From assembly GCA_043788645.1 (NCBI GenBank), contig JAYVTS010000019.1:1-49919 (forward strand): a stretch of DNA of 49,919 bases. Direction: 5' to 3'. The notes under the pieces are model-generated. The model was not told the DNA's origin. It ran no database searches and saw nothing but the letters and a program-made list of their open reading frames with translations. Shown piece by piece: positions 11,312 to 21,626 of the stretch. The position numbers were made by a program, and so were the translations under genes. Position 1 is the first letter of the stretch, and every line of letters begins with the position of its first letter. The DNA is from Verrucomicrobiota bacterium (GTDB lineage Bacteria; Verrucomicrobiota; Verrucomicrobiia; Limisphaerales; UBA9464).

Positions 11312-11995
11312 TTACTTTTTCAAAAGTAGGGTCGCGAACAACCCGGCCGCCAACAGGGCGACGACGACCAGAGGCCAGGTCAAGGCCAACCCGAGTTGGG
11401 CCAATTTTAGAAAGGGTAAACCCTCAAACCCTACCTTGACCTTCGTGCCGCCGACTGCGGTCCCATTGGCTGCTGAGCCATCAAGGATCGGCCATTTTTG
11501 ACGCGCTGAATTGAGCTCATTACGCGCATTTTCAATTACTGCGAGGTCCCGGCTCAAATCCTGGTTCCAGTTTTCTCCCGACCACGCTTTATCGCTCAGT
11601 TTTTGGACCGCACCGGCGACCTCCCGTAGGCCGAGGAGGGATTTCCCTAGCTGTTCCACCTCGCGGCGAGCCGTCACCTCCGCCTGCTCAAGCAAGGTAA
11701 TCGAATGGGTAACGCGATCCCGCACTTCCCCTCGGCCGTGATCGTATTCGGCCCGGCGGCGCTGAAGTTCCTCCAGTTCGGATTTGGCCCGTTCAACTTG
11801 GGCCTGGCGTTCACGGAGTGCGACCAATTGCTGACTCCGATCAGTAACCTCGGCCGACAATTGTTCTGGCGTGGGTACTTGACCGGCGACGACGCCCCTC
11901 GTCGTGCCGCTCGCAGCGGGCGTGGATGAGACGACGAACGGCGCCACGGGAGGAAGGTCGTCGTCGTGGAATTCAGTATCGTGCTGATAGGCCAT
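11312..11995 (-). CDS. Hypothetical tail-anchored coiled-coil protein
   Basis: The ORF opens at 12178, but the first ATG is at 11995 (MAYQHDTEFHDDD). Long charged helical region (LVALRERQAQVERAKSELEELQRRRAEY). C-terminal TM helix LALTWPLVVVALLAAGLFATLLL. Its stop is 8 nt before the next start. Confidence 0.6.
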   Translation of the reverse strand: MAYQHDTEFHDDDLPPVAPFVVSSTPAASGTTRGVVAGQVPTPEQLSAEVTDRSQQLVALRERQAQVERAKSELEELQRRRAEYDHGRGEVRDRVTHSITLLEQAEVTARREVEQLGKSLLGLREVAGAVQKLSDKAWSGENWNQDLSRDLAVIENARNELNSARQKWPILDGSAANGTAVGGTKVKVGFEGLPFLKLAQLGLALTWPLVVVALLAAGLFATLLLKK

Positions 11996-12598
11996 AAATC
12001 GGGCGCGGCGGGACGCTAGACAAGTCCGATGCACCTGGCGAGGGGGAGTTGTCCACGAACGCGTGATTTTCCGATCAGATCGTCGGATCAGGATTCCTAG
12101 CCTCAGGCGCGATGGACGGGGAGCGGCAGGAAAGTGGAACCGGATGAAGACAGAGGTGTGCGCGTTCGAACAATTCACCTTCTAAATTCAGAAAGGACTA
12201 AAGGCCGCCCGATTGAGCCGGAGCAAGCTCGTAACTGATCTGCTGACAAAGTCAAACAGTTTACATGGTTCAATAAAATCAAATTCCGTCAACATATTCA
12301 TCCAGTCAGTTCTTGCAAAAGGGTGCTGCCTCACTGTTGATCGTTGGAAATTCGTGCCAAATAGGATTCCCAAGGATACGAAAGAGCATGCGAAAAGCTG
12401 TCCGAAGGCGCAGAAAGACGGGCGTACCACGACCCATTGACGATGCGCCCAAAAAACGGCGCGTTTCGATTTGCGGCCCGCGATCAGGATGCTAACCATA
12501 GCGGGATCCCTGTTTATGCTTGCTTAAGCGCGCACCATTGGCGTGCCCAATCGAGGCATTGAGGGGCAAAATTAATCAAACGGTTAGGAGAAATCTAT

Positions 12599-15500
12599 AT
12601 GCAGTTTGTCAATAAATTCCGACCGAGAGGAATTCTCTCTGGCTTGGCCGTCGTGCCACTGCTGGTTAGCCTGAATTCGCTAGCGCAAGGGGTCGATCTC
12701 AAGAAGGACCTTAAATCCTACTGGAGCTTCGACGGAAATCTCAAAGATGGCACCGCGAATAAATTCGACGGCTCCGAGAACGGAACCGCTCCAATCGCAT
12801 TCGTGGCTGGTAAGTTCGGCAAGGCGATCGAACTCGACGGCATCGATCAATTTGTCCAAATCGAAGGAGGCGATCCCGACGATCTTTCCTTCGGCGGCGA
12901 CAACATTTCTAGCTTCACCATCTCCGGATGGTTCAAAGTCGGCACCTTCGACAAGTCCTGGGAAGCCTTGGTCATGAAGGGTGAAAATAACAACTGGCGT
13001 CTCCATCGTCACGGCGGCGACCAGGGCTTAGCGTTTCATAGTGGTGGCGGAGATACCCCGATAGGAACGCCCCCGGCAGACAATATCAACGACGGCAATT
13101 GGCACCATTTCGCGGCGGTCAGCGACCAAGACGTGGTCAATTACGGCACGGGGCTCTACATCGACGGTGTGCTTTCGGCAACCATTGCGTCCAAACCGAA
13201 TACGACTGCAAATGGGAAACGCGTGATGATCGGAGATAATCCGGACGCGCGCGGCCGTTACTGGAACGGACAGGTCGACGATGTGGCCATGTGGAGCCGA
13301 GCCTTGAATGAGGCTGAGATCGCCAAACTGTATAATGGTGGAGCCGGAACGTCGGTAAGTTCGCTCCTCGGCAATGGGCCGGTGGATACTGACAAAGATG
13401 GTATCCCGGACGACTGGGAACTTAAGTACGGTCTCAATCCCAACGACGCTACCGACGCCGCGAAGGATTTGAACAAAAACGGCATCTCCAATTTAGACGA
13501 ATTCAAGCTGGGTTTCGACCCGACCGATACCGTCCAACCCACGATCGTTTCGGCGAAGACCTCCGGCACGTTTGATACGATTGTCTTGAATTTTTCCAGG
13601 AAACTGGACGAGGCGAGCGCGGGCGCGGCGTCGAACTATGTCATCGCTCCTAGCTTGGTGATTAGTGCGGTGGCGGTAAAAGGTTCCACGGTGACCCTAA
13701 CGACGGCCAAGCAGACTCCCGGTGGGACGGCATACACCGTGACGGTCAACAACGTTTTGAGCGACAACAAACTTAAAATCGCCAACAACAGTAAGGTGAT
13801 CTTTTACTCGTACCTGGTGACCAAAGCGGGAGTCTTGAGGTTTGCGTACTGGGGCGGCATTGGTGGTACACCGGTTCAAGGGTTGCTAGATGATCCGAGA
13901 TATCCGGCGACTCCTGACCTCGTTGCCGCGGTCTTGTCCTTCGACAGTCGCGGTGCGTTCCCGGACGATTCTCATGAGAGTTACGGTGCGACGATTGAGG
14001 GATTCCTGACCCCGACGGAATCGGGCAATTACCGCTTCTTCAGCCGCAGCGATGACTCCTCGCAGCTCCTCCTGAGCACCGACGACACGGAAGCGAAATT
14101 GGCCCAAATCGCCGAAGAAACCGGCTGCTGCAAAGGATTCAATGAGCCCGACCATCCGACGACCTCCGAGTCGATTGCGTTGGTCGCTGGAAAGAAATAT
14201 TTCATCCGACTGATCTATAAAGAAGGCGGCGGCGGTGACTACGGCCAAGTTGCCTGGCGAAAAGAAGGCGACAAAACGCCGGCGGGTTCGCTGAAGCCCA
14301 TCCCAGGAAAATTCCTCTCCTCGGCAGTGGATCTCCCCTTCCCTTCGGAAGGCTTGTTGAATAGTCAGAGCCCGGGTGTAGGAGCCAAGAATGTTTCCCC
14401 GGCAACGGCCGTCACCATTGTTCACACCGACGGTAAGACGGCGTGGACGGCGGCAAATGTAACGCTAAAAATCGACGGCGATGCCGTAACTCCCACTCCG
14501 TTAACGAAAGAAGGAGCGGTGGCGACAATCAAATACCAACCCGCGGCTCTCCTCGCCAGCAAAACCAAGCACATCGTTAACCTCAGTTACCTGGATGCTG
14601 GCGGTAAGGCAGCAACCCTGGAATGGTCTTTCGAAGTCGCCCCGTACAGTGGTACGACCAAAGACAAGGTGGCTGGATACCCCGGCTTAATCCTGGGCAG
14701 TGCCACCTACACGGCTGACTTGGGTGGTCACACCGGCAAGGCGGGTGACTACGGGATCGATCTGACGAAGAAGGGCGGCCCGGTCGCGACCTATGATTCC
14801 GCCTTTGCGGCCGCGGCCAACGCGGCAACTGCTAAGGACGAAGTGTCGGTTGTCTTCTGGCAAAAGAAGGAAGACGTGGCCGACAGCTCCGCCTTCGCCC
14901 TTAGCTCACCAAGCGCCGGAAACCAACGCGTCTTCCACGCGCACGTTCCCTGGAGCAATCAACATATCTATTTCGATACCACCGGCTGCTGCGACGGTAC
15001 CACCCAACGTATTGAAGCAGATATCGCCACCTTCCCGGACTACACCGATGCGACCTTCTGGACCTCAAAATGGCATTTGTTCGCGTTCACGAAGAAGGGT
15101 TCCGCTAAGAACATTTGGATCGATGGCAAATTGTTCCTCTCGGGCGACAGCACCAACCCGCTCCAGACCGATATCGACTCCTTCTACATGGGTGCCGGTG
15201 GTGGTGGCGCGGAGTTGAGTCACGCCGTGATTGATGACTTCTCCGTCTACGGCAAGGAATTGGTTGAAGCGGATATCAAGGCCTTGTTCACCGGCACCTT
15301 GCCCACAGCCCTGCCGCCCGCCAAGGGTCTCATCGCCTATTGGGACTTCAATGCGGTGACTGACGATACGAGCACGATCACCAAGGGACTCGTGGCGTAC
15401 TGGAACTTCGACGGGAATCTTCAAGATTCCGTCAAAGATCATCACGGGACCGGCAAAGGCACGGGGACAATTCCATTCGTGGATAGTCGCGATGGCTTCG

Positions 15501-16216
15501 GCAAAGCGATCCAACTCGACGGCAAGACCCAGTACGTTGAAATCACCGGTGGAAATGACGACGAGCTGGAGTTCCCGAAGGGTAGCATGTCGATCGCCGG
15601 CTGGTTCAAAGTCGGAGCCTTCGACAAATCCTGGCAAGCGCTTCTCTCCAAGGGTGAGGGTTCCAACTACCGGATTGCTCGCCGTGGTGATGCCCAAAGC
15701 ATCGCCTATGCCGGCGGCACCGGCGAGGGCGCGGACGACGTTCCGAATGTCAATGACGGTGCTTGGCACCAATTCGTGACGGTCAGCGATGCCACTGTCA
15801 TTCCTCCGTTCGGAACGGCGATCTATATCGATGGCGTTCTCCACGGGGTTAATACCAACATGCCGGTGCTCACGGCGACCACCAAACACCTCTTCATCGG
15901 AGAGAATCCCGATTCGACGGGCCGCCAATGGAACGGTGCCATCGACGACATTGCTCTTTGGAACCGCCCCTTAACGGGCCCCGAAGTCAACGCGTTGTGG
16001 AATTCGGGTAAAGGACTCGTGGTCGGCTCCCTTCCTCGGACTGCCACATCGACCATCAGTGCCCAGCGTAGTGGTGCCAACATCATCATAAACTTTACGG
16101 GCACTCTGCAGTCCACGGACAGCCTGTCGAGTCCATGGGCGGATGTTCCTGGGGCCACGAGCCCGGTCACGGTTGCACCTTCTGGCGCACAGAAATACTA
16201 CCGATATAAGCCCTAA
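12599..16216 (+). CDS. Large secreted LamG (concanavalin-type lectin) / PA14 multidomain protein
   Basis: AGGAG 10 nt upstream of the ATG. Signal peptide LAVVPLLVSLNSLAQG. Two near-duplicate LamG-type modules (YWSFDGNLKD...GWFKVGTFDKSWEALV and YWNFDGNLQD...GWFKVGAFDKSWQALL). Ca-binding-type DTDKDGIPDDWE. PA14-like segment GNYRFFSRSDDSSQLLLS...YFIRLIYKEGGGGDYGQVAW. Confidence 0.88.
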   Translation: MQFVNKFRPRGILSGLAVVPLLVSLNSLAQGVDLKKDLKSYWSFDGNLKDGTANKFDGSENGTAPIAFVAGKFGKAIELDGIDQFVQIEGGDPDDLSFGGDNISSFTISGWFKVGTFDKSWEALVMKGENNNWRLHRHGGDQGLAFHSGGGDTPIGTPPADNINDGNWHHFAAVSDQDVVNYGTGLYIDGVLSATIASKPNTTANGKRVMIGDNPDARGRYWNGQVDDVAMWSRALNEAEIAKLYNGGAGTSVSSLLGNGPVDTDKDGIPDDWELKYGLNPNDATDAAKDLNKNGISNLDEFKLGFDPTDTVQPTIVSAKTSGTFDTIVLNFSRKLDEASAGAASNYVIAPSLVISAVAVKGSTVTLTTAKQTPGGTAYTVTVNNVLSDNKLKIANNSKVIFYSYLVTKAGVLRFAYWGGIGGTPVQGLLDDPRYPATPDLVAAVLSFDSRGAFPDDSHESYGATIEGFLTPTESGNYRFFSRSDDSSQLLLSTDDTEAKLAQIAEETGCCKGFNEPDHPTTSESIALVAGKKYFIRLIYKEGGGGDYGQVAWRKEGDKTPAGSLKPIPGKFLSSAVDLPFPSEGLLNSQSPGVGAKNVSPATAVTIVHTDGKTAWTAANVTLKIDGDAVTPTPLTKEGAVATIKYQPAALLASKTKHIVNLSYLDAGGKAATLEWSFEVAPYSGTTKDKVAGYPGLILGSATYTADLGGHTGKAGDYGIDLTKKGGPVATYDSAFAAAANAATAKDEVSVVFWQKKEDVADSSAFALSSPSAGNQRVFHAHVPWSNQHIYFDTTGCCDGTTQRIEADIATFPDYTDATFWTSKWHLFAFTKKGSAKNIWIDGKLFLSGDSTNPLQTDIDSFYMGAGGGGAELSHAVIDDFSVYGKELVEADIKALFTGTLPTALPPAKGLIAYWDFNAVTDDTSTITKGLVAYWNFDGNLQDSVKDHHGTGKGTGTIPFVDSRDGFGKAIQLDGKTQYVEITGGNDDELEFPKGSMSIAGWFKVGAFDKSWQALLSKGEGSNYRIARRGDAQSIAYAGGTGEGADDVPNVNDGAWHQFVTVSDATVIPPFGTAIYIDGVLHGVNTNMPVLTATTKHLFIGENPDSTGRQWNGAIDDIALWNRPLTGPEVNALWNSGKGLVVGSLPRTATSTISAQRSGANIIINFTGTLQSTDSLSSPWADVPGATSPVTVAPSGAQKYYRYKP

Positions 16217-16244
16217 GTTGAGTCTGGCTTAACGATACGCCCAA

Positions 16245-16277
16245 CAGGGCTGGAGTTCGCTCCAGCCCTGTTTTTTT
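16245..16277 (+). terminator. Rho-independent terminator after the LamG/PA14 gene
   Basis: Perfect 10-bp stem cagggctgga / tccagccctg, a 6-nt loop, then TTTTTTT (16271-16277). Confidence 0.9.
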
Positions 16278-16381
16278 CTCTGAATTCAAGCTCCTATCCT
16301 GATAGCCTTTGGGGCAAATCCAAACGGGTAGTGCTTCCCAAGTGAAGTGGAGAGCCGCGTAGGATCAAGTCGCCAACCTCA

Positions 16382-18742
16382 CTAGAGCAGGCGACGAGTC
16401 CGAGGGGGCGAACGTCGGACGGTATTGTTCGGATCGGTCTCCGCGGTCGGAGGCGCGGCGCCGAGAATTTCTTGCTTCGTTGCTGCATCCATCGCGTGCT
16501 GATTGATCCACGCTTTCGCCGTCGCCGGATATTGCCGTATCCATTCCTTACCCAATCGGACCAATTCTGCACGACGCCGACCTTCATCCTTTAATGCGAG
16601 AGCCCATTGGAGCGCCGCGGGGGTGTCGTGGGCCGCAAGATGCTTGGTCAGTGCCATCACTCCCTCGTCCGAACGAGCCGCTGGATTTTGAGTCGCCAAC
16701 CACGCCGCCGCACCCGCCAAATCTTCCGTCGCCCAATTGTTGATCAGTGCTTGTTCGACCCGGGTTCGCAATGCTCCGGCCGGGAATTGTCCAACCCATT
16801 GCCCCACACCTGCCGCATTGTCGGTGGACCAGGTCTGGACGATGGCTACCACCGCGGCGCCTTGTGATTCACTAGCGGGTAACGAGAGCGCAAACTTGGC
16901 GGCATCTAACGGCGCCCATTCGGCCCAACTGCCAGCGACTGTGGGCAATGCCTCGGAGCGAAGCACCGAATCAGAAAGACTTCCGGCCCAGGTAGCAGCC
17001 GCTTGGGGATCGGCCGCGGTCCAAGTCCGGGCGAGTTGTTTCAGGAGCGAACCGCGGGCTGCATTGGCCGGCAATCCCGGAAGGAATGCGGCGGCACCAG
17101 CCGGGTCTTGAGCGGTCCAGGGTTCCGCCATGGACAGCACGGCCGAATTTCGGTCTGGACCATCATTGATCGAATCGAGCCAAGTCACCGCTTCTCCGAG
17201 ATTGTGCCGAGCCCAGGCCCCAGCCAGGGATCCAGCTAACTCAGCATGTTTCGGACTGTCCGGTAATTCCGCCAATAAAGCAACGCCACGATGCGCATCG
17301 GCTGCGCCAAATTGGGGCATCGCCGCGGCGGCAGCAGCGTATTGCTCGTTGGGCGTGGGAAGTCCTCGAACCCAATCTGCGGCGGCCCCAGGATCTCGCT
17401 CCGACCAACTTGCGGCCACCGCCTGTAACGCTTCTAGACGCCGGGTACCCGCTGCGAGTCGGGAGACATAGTCAGCAGCGACTCGGGGTTCGCGAGTTGC
17501 CCAGGCCTCCAGCGAGCCCGCAAACGCTTCGGAACGTGCGCGAGCACTCACCAATTGTTCGGACCACGCGAGCGCAGCCTGCGGATCGGTGTCCGCCAAC
17601 TCTCTCGCGACGGCCCTAAATACCTTTTCGGCACCGGGCTCAACCTTTTGAGTTCGCAAAAATTCGGCAGCACTTTTCGCGTCCACCGCCGCCCAGGCCC
17701 CGGCAATTTCGAGAAGCACCTGTTGGCGCAAGGTCACGTCCGGAAGGCCTTTCGCCCAATTAACCGCGCCACCCGCTTCTTGTCCTGCCCAAACACGGGC
17801 CACCTGGATCAACGCATCCCGCCGTTCTCTCGTATTCGGGAGTGCTAACAACTGCGCCACCGCTAACTCCGGACGATCGGTCGCAATCGTCACCGCGAAG
17901 GATCGCACCAATTCAAACCGGCGCGGAGCCCCCGACTGGTTCTTCAAATATTCGAGAGCCGGATCCGGCTCTTGCCTTGCCCACGCCGCAATGAGAGCGC
18001 CGAGTTCTGCCTGGCCATCTTCGGTCGGTAAAACCCGCCCGGCCACCCGCACTGCCGCCGCTGGATGGAGGTCTGACAATCGCTGAAACAACGCCGCGTA
18101 AGCAGCCAAACGTCCGGTGCCCGCAGGAAGCGCGGCGACAAATTCAAGACCTTTGGCGGCGTCTGATTGCCCATAGCCGCGAGCGATGCTCGAGGCGGCC
18201 GACGAACGCAAAGCCCCAGGCGCTAGATTCCTAAACCAATTGAGACACCCCGGTCCGTCCCCCGTCATCCAACCAGCGACCGCACTGTCTCTTACCGTCT
18301 CTCGAAATTCTCTGGGAACTTCCGTTTCCACCAAGGCTAACGCCCCAGGCCCATCTTTTGCCGCCACGCGGGCGACGTAGGGCGTCATAAATTCGGGCAC
18401 CAACCTCCGCGGCAAAGTCCGCCGCGCTAACGTCGCCAATTCCACTGGCTGGGTGAGCGGTGCACGCTCGGCGGCATCCGCCACAATGCGGACCGCCAGC
18501 GCCTGGACCTTGGTTTTGGCCGCTTCCTTCAACGAGCCTTCAACTTCGCCCAATCCCAGTTCCCGACCGGAAGATCGCATTCCGAAATTCGTCACCACTT
18601 GAGTGGTCGATCCGACTTTCGAACCCGTTTGGAGCCGGTTAATGTACCGGTTCGACCGCAAAAATAGGAGCGAGCCCCCAACGACTAAAGTCGTTACGGC
18701 CGCGGTGCTGAGCCAAATTACTCGCTTTAATCCGAGATCCAT
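16382..18742 (-). CDS. Membrane-anchored alpha-helical repeat protein (HEAT/TPR-like degenerate repeats), function unknown
   Basis: 786 aa. N-terminal TM helix VIWLSTAAVTTLVVGGSLLFL. More than 12 degenerate ~35-aa units of the form W(A/T)xxDPxxAAxWxxxLPxxxxRxxAL, for example AASWSERDPGAAADWVRGLP, ARTWTAADPQAAATWAGSLS and NNWATEDLAGAAAWLATQNP. Confidence 0.8.
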   Translation of the reverse strand: MDLGLKRVIWLSTAAVTTLVVGGSLLFLRSNRYINRLQTGSKVGSTTQVVTNFGMRSSGRELGLGEVEGSLKEAAKTKVQALAVRIVADAAERAPLTQPVELATLARRTLPRRLVPEFMTPYVARVAAKDGPGALALVETEVPREFRETVRDSAVAGWMTGDGPGCLNWFRNLAPGALRSSAASSIARGYGQSDAAKGLEFVAALPAGTGRLAAYAALFQRLSDLHPAAAVRVAGRVLPTEDGQAELGALIAAWARQEPDPALEYLKNQSGAPRRFELVRSFAVTIATDRPELAVAQLLALPNTRERRDALIQVARVWAGQEAGGAVNWAKGLPDVTLRQQVLLEIAGAWAAVDAKSAAEFLRTQKVEPGAEKVFRAVARELADTDPQAALAWSEQLVSARARSEAFAGSLEAWATREPRVAADYVSRLAAGTRRLEALQAVAASWSERDPGAAADWVRGLPTPNEQYAAAAAAMPQFGAADAHRGVALLAELPDSPKHAELAGSLAGAWARHNLGEAVTWLDSINDGPDRNSAVLSMAEPWTAQDPAGAAAFLPGLPANAARGSLLKQLARTWTAADPQAAATWAGSLSDSVLRSEALPTVAGSWAEWAPLDAAKFALSLPASESQGAAVVAIVQTWSTDNAAGVGQWVGQFPAGALRTRVEQALINNWATEDLAGAAAWLATQNPAARSDEGVMALTKHLAAHDTPAALQWALALKDEGRRRAELVRLGKEWIRQYPATAKAWINQHAMDAATKQEILGAAPPTAETDPNNTVRRSPPRTRRLL

Positions 18743-18946
18743 GAAATATATTCCAATGTCCCTTAAACCATCGGATTCTCCAGCGTAAGCTTAAATTCTG
18801 AATTCTTGGAAGCAGAATCTCGCAGGTCCGACGCTTACACACCCTTCCCACCGGGCCAAGCCGCACGACAGGCGCGTGAGGGTTGGGCCAGACGACCTGG
18901 CCGGTCAAAGGATCGTCTGGCGCCCCGGGCCCAACCTCGGCCGCGA

Positions 18947-19999
<1,053 letters not shown>

Positions 20000-20118
20000 T
20001 CAGTAATTTGATGCAATGTTCGTATTCGACAAGGTCGGCAAAGTATGGGGACGACCGGGAGGGTCAACCGGTGATTTGCGTTCCTCGTTTTTCTCGCAAT
20101 GGACGGTTCCACCCCGGT

Positions 20119-20595
20119 TTACCCCCGATAAACGATCATGACGCCAAAATCGGTCAACAATTTCTGCGTTCCCATGTCCACATAACTGTAGTTAATCGGG
20201 GTAATACTCACGATATTCGCATCCCCGATTTCATTGAGTTCTTCGCTGACTTTGGAATCGAACAGGTCCTTGCCTACCTCTTTGCAATCGGAATGTCGGA
20301 TCGTCCGCACTCGGAGGCCCGCTTTGCCTTCGCGCGCCGCGACGTCCAGCGACTTGGCGGCTTTGTGAATCAGAGGCTCCGAAGGCTTGGAACTGAACGG
20401 TACCGCAATTTTCTTCTCGACCCTGGCCTCACCACCCTCCGGCGGCGAGCCAGCCGGGCGAGGCGGGGGCAACGCGGACTCCGACGGAATGGTCAATGGC
20501 TTGCCGCAAGTCGGGCAGTCAATCTGTTGGCCAACGGCTTCAGCCTCCACTTCGAGGTCGGTGGCGCAATGCGGGCACTTGAATACGATGTCCAT
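20119..20595 (-). CDS. Zinc-ribbon domain protein, function unknown
   Basis: N-terminal CPHC...x17...CPTC (FKCPHCATDLEVEAEAVGQQIDCPTCGKPL), a proline-rich linker, and a ~90-aa C-terminal domain. ATG at 20595. Confidence 0.7.
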   Translation of the reverse strand: MDIVFKCPHCATDLEVEAEAVGQQIDCPTCGKPLTIPSESALPPPRPAGSPPEGGEARVEKKIAVPFSSKPSEPLIHKAAKSLDVAAREGKAGLRVRTIRHSDCKEVGKDLFDSKVSEELNEIGDANIVSITPINYSYVDMGTQKLLTDFGVMIVYRG

Positions 20596-20946
20596 CACTC
20601 ATGTTTAACCGCTTTTGCCTCCGATGGGAAGCACGATACCGAACGTTTTAACAATTGACAGGGCCGTCTCCAGAAAAACAGAAATCAGTAAGGGTCAAAA
20701 GATTGGCGGAGGCGCCGTTAAATCGGATCAGTGGAATTTGTGAAAACCGGGGTTGTTTCGACCAGGGGAGTCTCCGAATTGATCCCTGCGGGTTGAAATG
20801 CATGGACTGAGGGCAAGGATGAGGCGGGATGAGGCCAGGGCGTGAACGTAGATGGAACCGTGAAGGTGCTCAGCACCTTCACGGGAGTGCGGCTGGAGGC
20901 TGGATGATCCTCGTCGTTGATCGTACCCGGGTTTTGACTCGTAGGA

Positions 20947-21189
20947 TTATTGGGGCAGCCGATCATGCGGCTCGGGCTCGATCAACGGAATCTTGGCAAG
21001 AAGGGTGTCGATATCGATCTTCTTGCCCCGTTTAGAACGTTCGTTCAAGTAGCGCTCGGCATCCAAGGCGGAGAGCTTCTCAGCGAGGGCACTACTTACG
21101 AGTTGATTCACGGAAATACCCTCGTCGAGTGCTAAACGCTTGGCGTTCTGATGAAGGGAATTGGGGAGTCGAATGCTGAGTGTGCTCAT
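20947..21189 (-). CDS. Ribbon-helix-helix (CopG/HicB-C-terminal-like) antitoxin
   Basis: 80 aa. LSIRLPNSLHQNAKRLALDEGISVNQLVSSALAEKL is a typical RHH beta-alpha-alpha. It overlaps the upstream PIN gene by 4 nt (21186-21189). Confidence 0.8.
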   Translation of the reverse strand: MSTLSIRLPNSLHQNAKRLALDEGISVNQLVSSALAEKLSALDAERYLNERSKRGKKIDIDTLLAKIPLIEPEPHDRLPQ

Positions 21190-21596
21190 GGTATCAGTGC
21201 CAGAAGTTGTGGAGGTGTGACGACCCGAACTCCCAAAGAAGCTGCGTGGTCGAAGTCAGAAATATTGTAGGTGACGAGGAAGTCGGCGCTTGCGGCGACT
21301 GCGGCCTCGAGCACCAGATCATCCTTGGGATCTCGGAGAAGAGGTCGCCAAAGAAAATGAACTTCATGCTGGCTGGAAACCGAAACGAACCAGTCGAGGA
21401 AATCCATAATCTGTGAGGCTGAGAGGTGCGGCAACAGTCCAGGCCGACGAGTGACATCATCATACTCGAACATCAACGGGGCGGTTACTGCGGGACGAAG
21501 CACGCCAGCGCGAACTAAAAGAATCAGCTGAAAAGAGGCCCCGGTAGCAGATTTGAGCGCTGAAACAATGACATTCGTATCGAACACGACACACAC
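21186..21596 (-). CDS. PIN-domain toxin (PIN_3 / TIGR00305-like)
   Basis: 136 aa with a GTG start. VVFDTNVIVSAL N-terminal acidic motif, FEYDDV, and RDPKDDLVLEAAVAASADFLVTYNISDF C-terminal motifs. Confidence 0.82.
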   Translation of the reverse strand: MCVVFDTNVIVSALKSATGASFQLILLVRAGVLRPAVTAPLMFEYDDVTRRPGLLPHLSASQIMDFLDWFVSVSSQHEVHFLWRPLLRDPKDDLVLEAAVAASADFLVTYNISDFDHAASLGVRVVTPPQLLALIP

Positions 21597-21626
21597 GTTG
21601 GTACTATTGGCGATACCAAAGTGAAG

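Noticed and set aside
15065-15928. 287-aa minus-strand ORF, plus several similar ones at 12680-16170
   Set aside because: It is antisense to the LamG/PA14 gene, whose domain repeats and signal peptide are convincing. It has no motifs of its own.
20718-20966. 82-aa minus-strand ORF between the RHH antitoxin and the zinc-ribbon gene
   Set aside because: It is a low-complexity Pro/Thr/Ser-rich translation that overlaps the antitoxin 3' end by 20 nt and has no recognisable feature. Support is insufficient.
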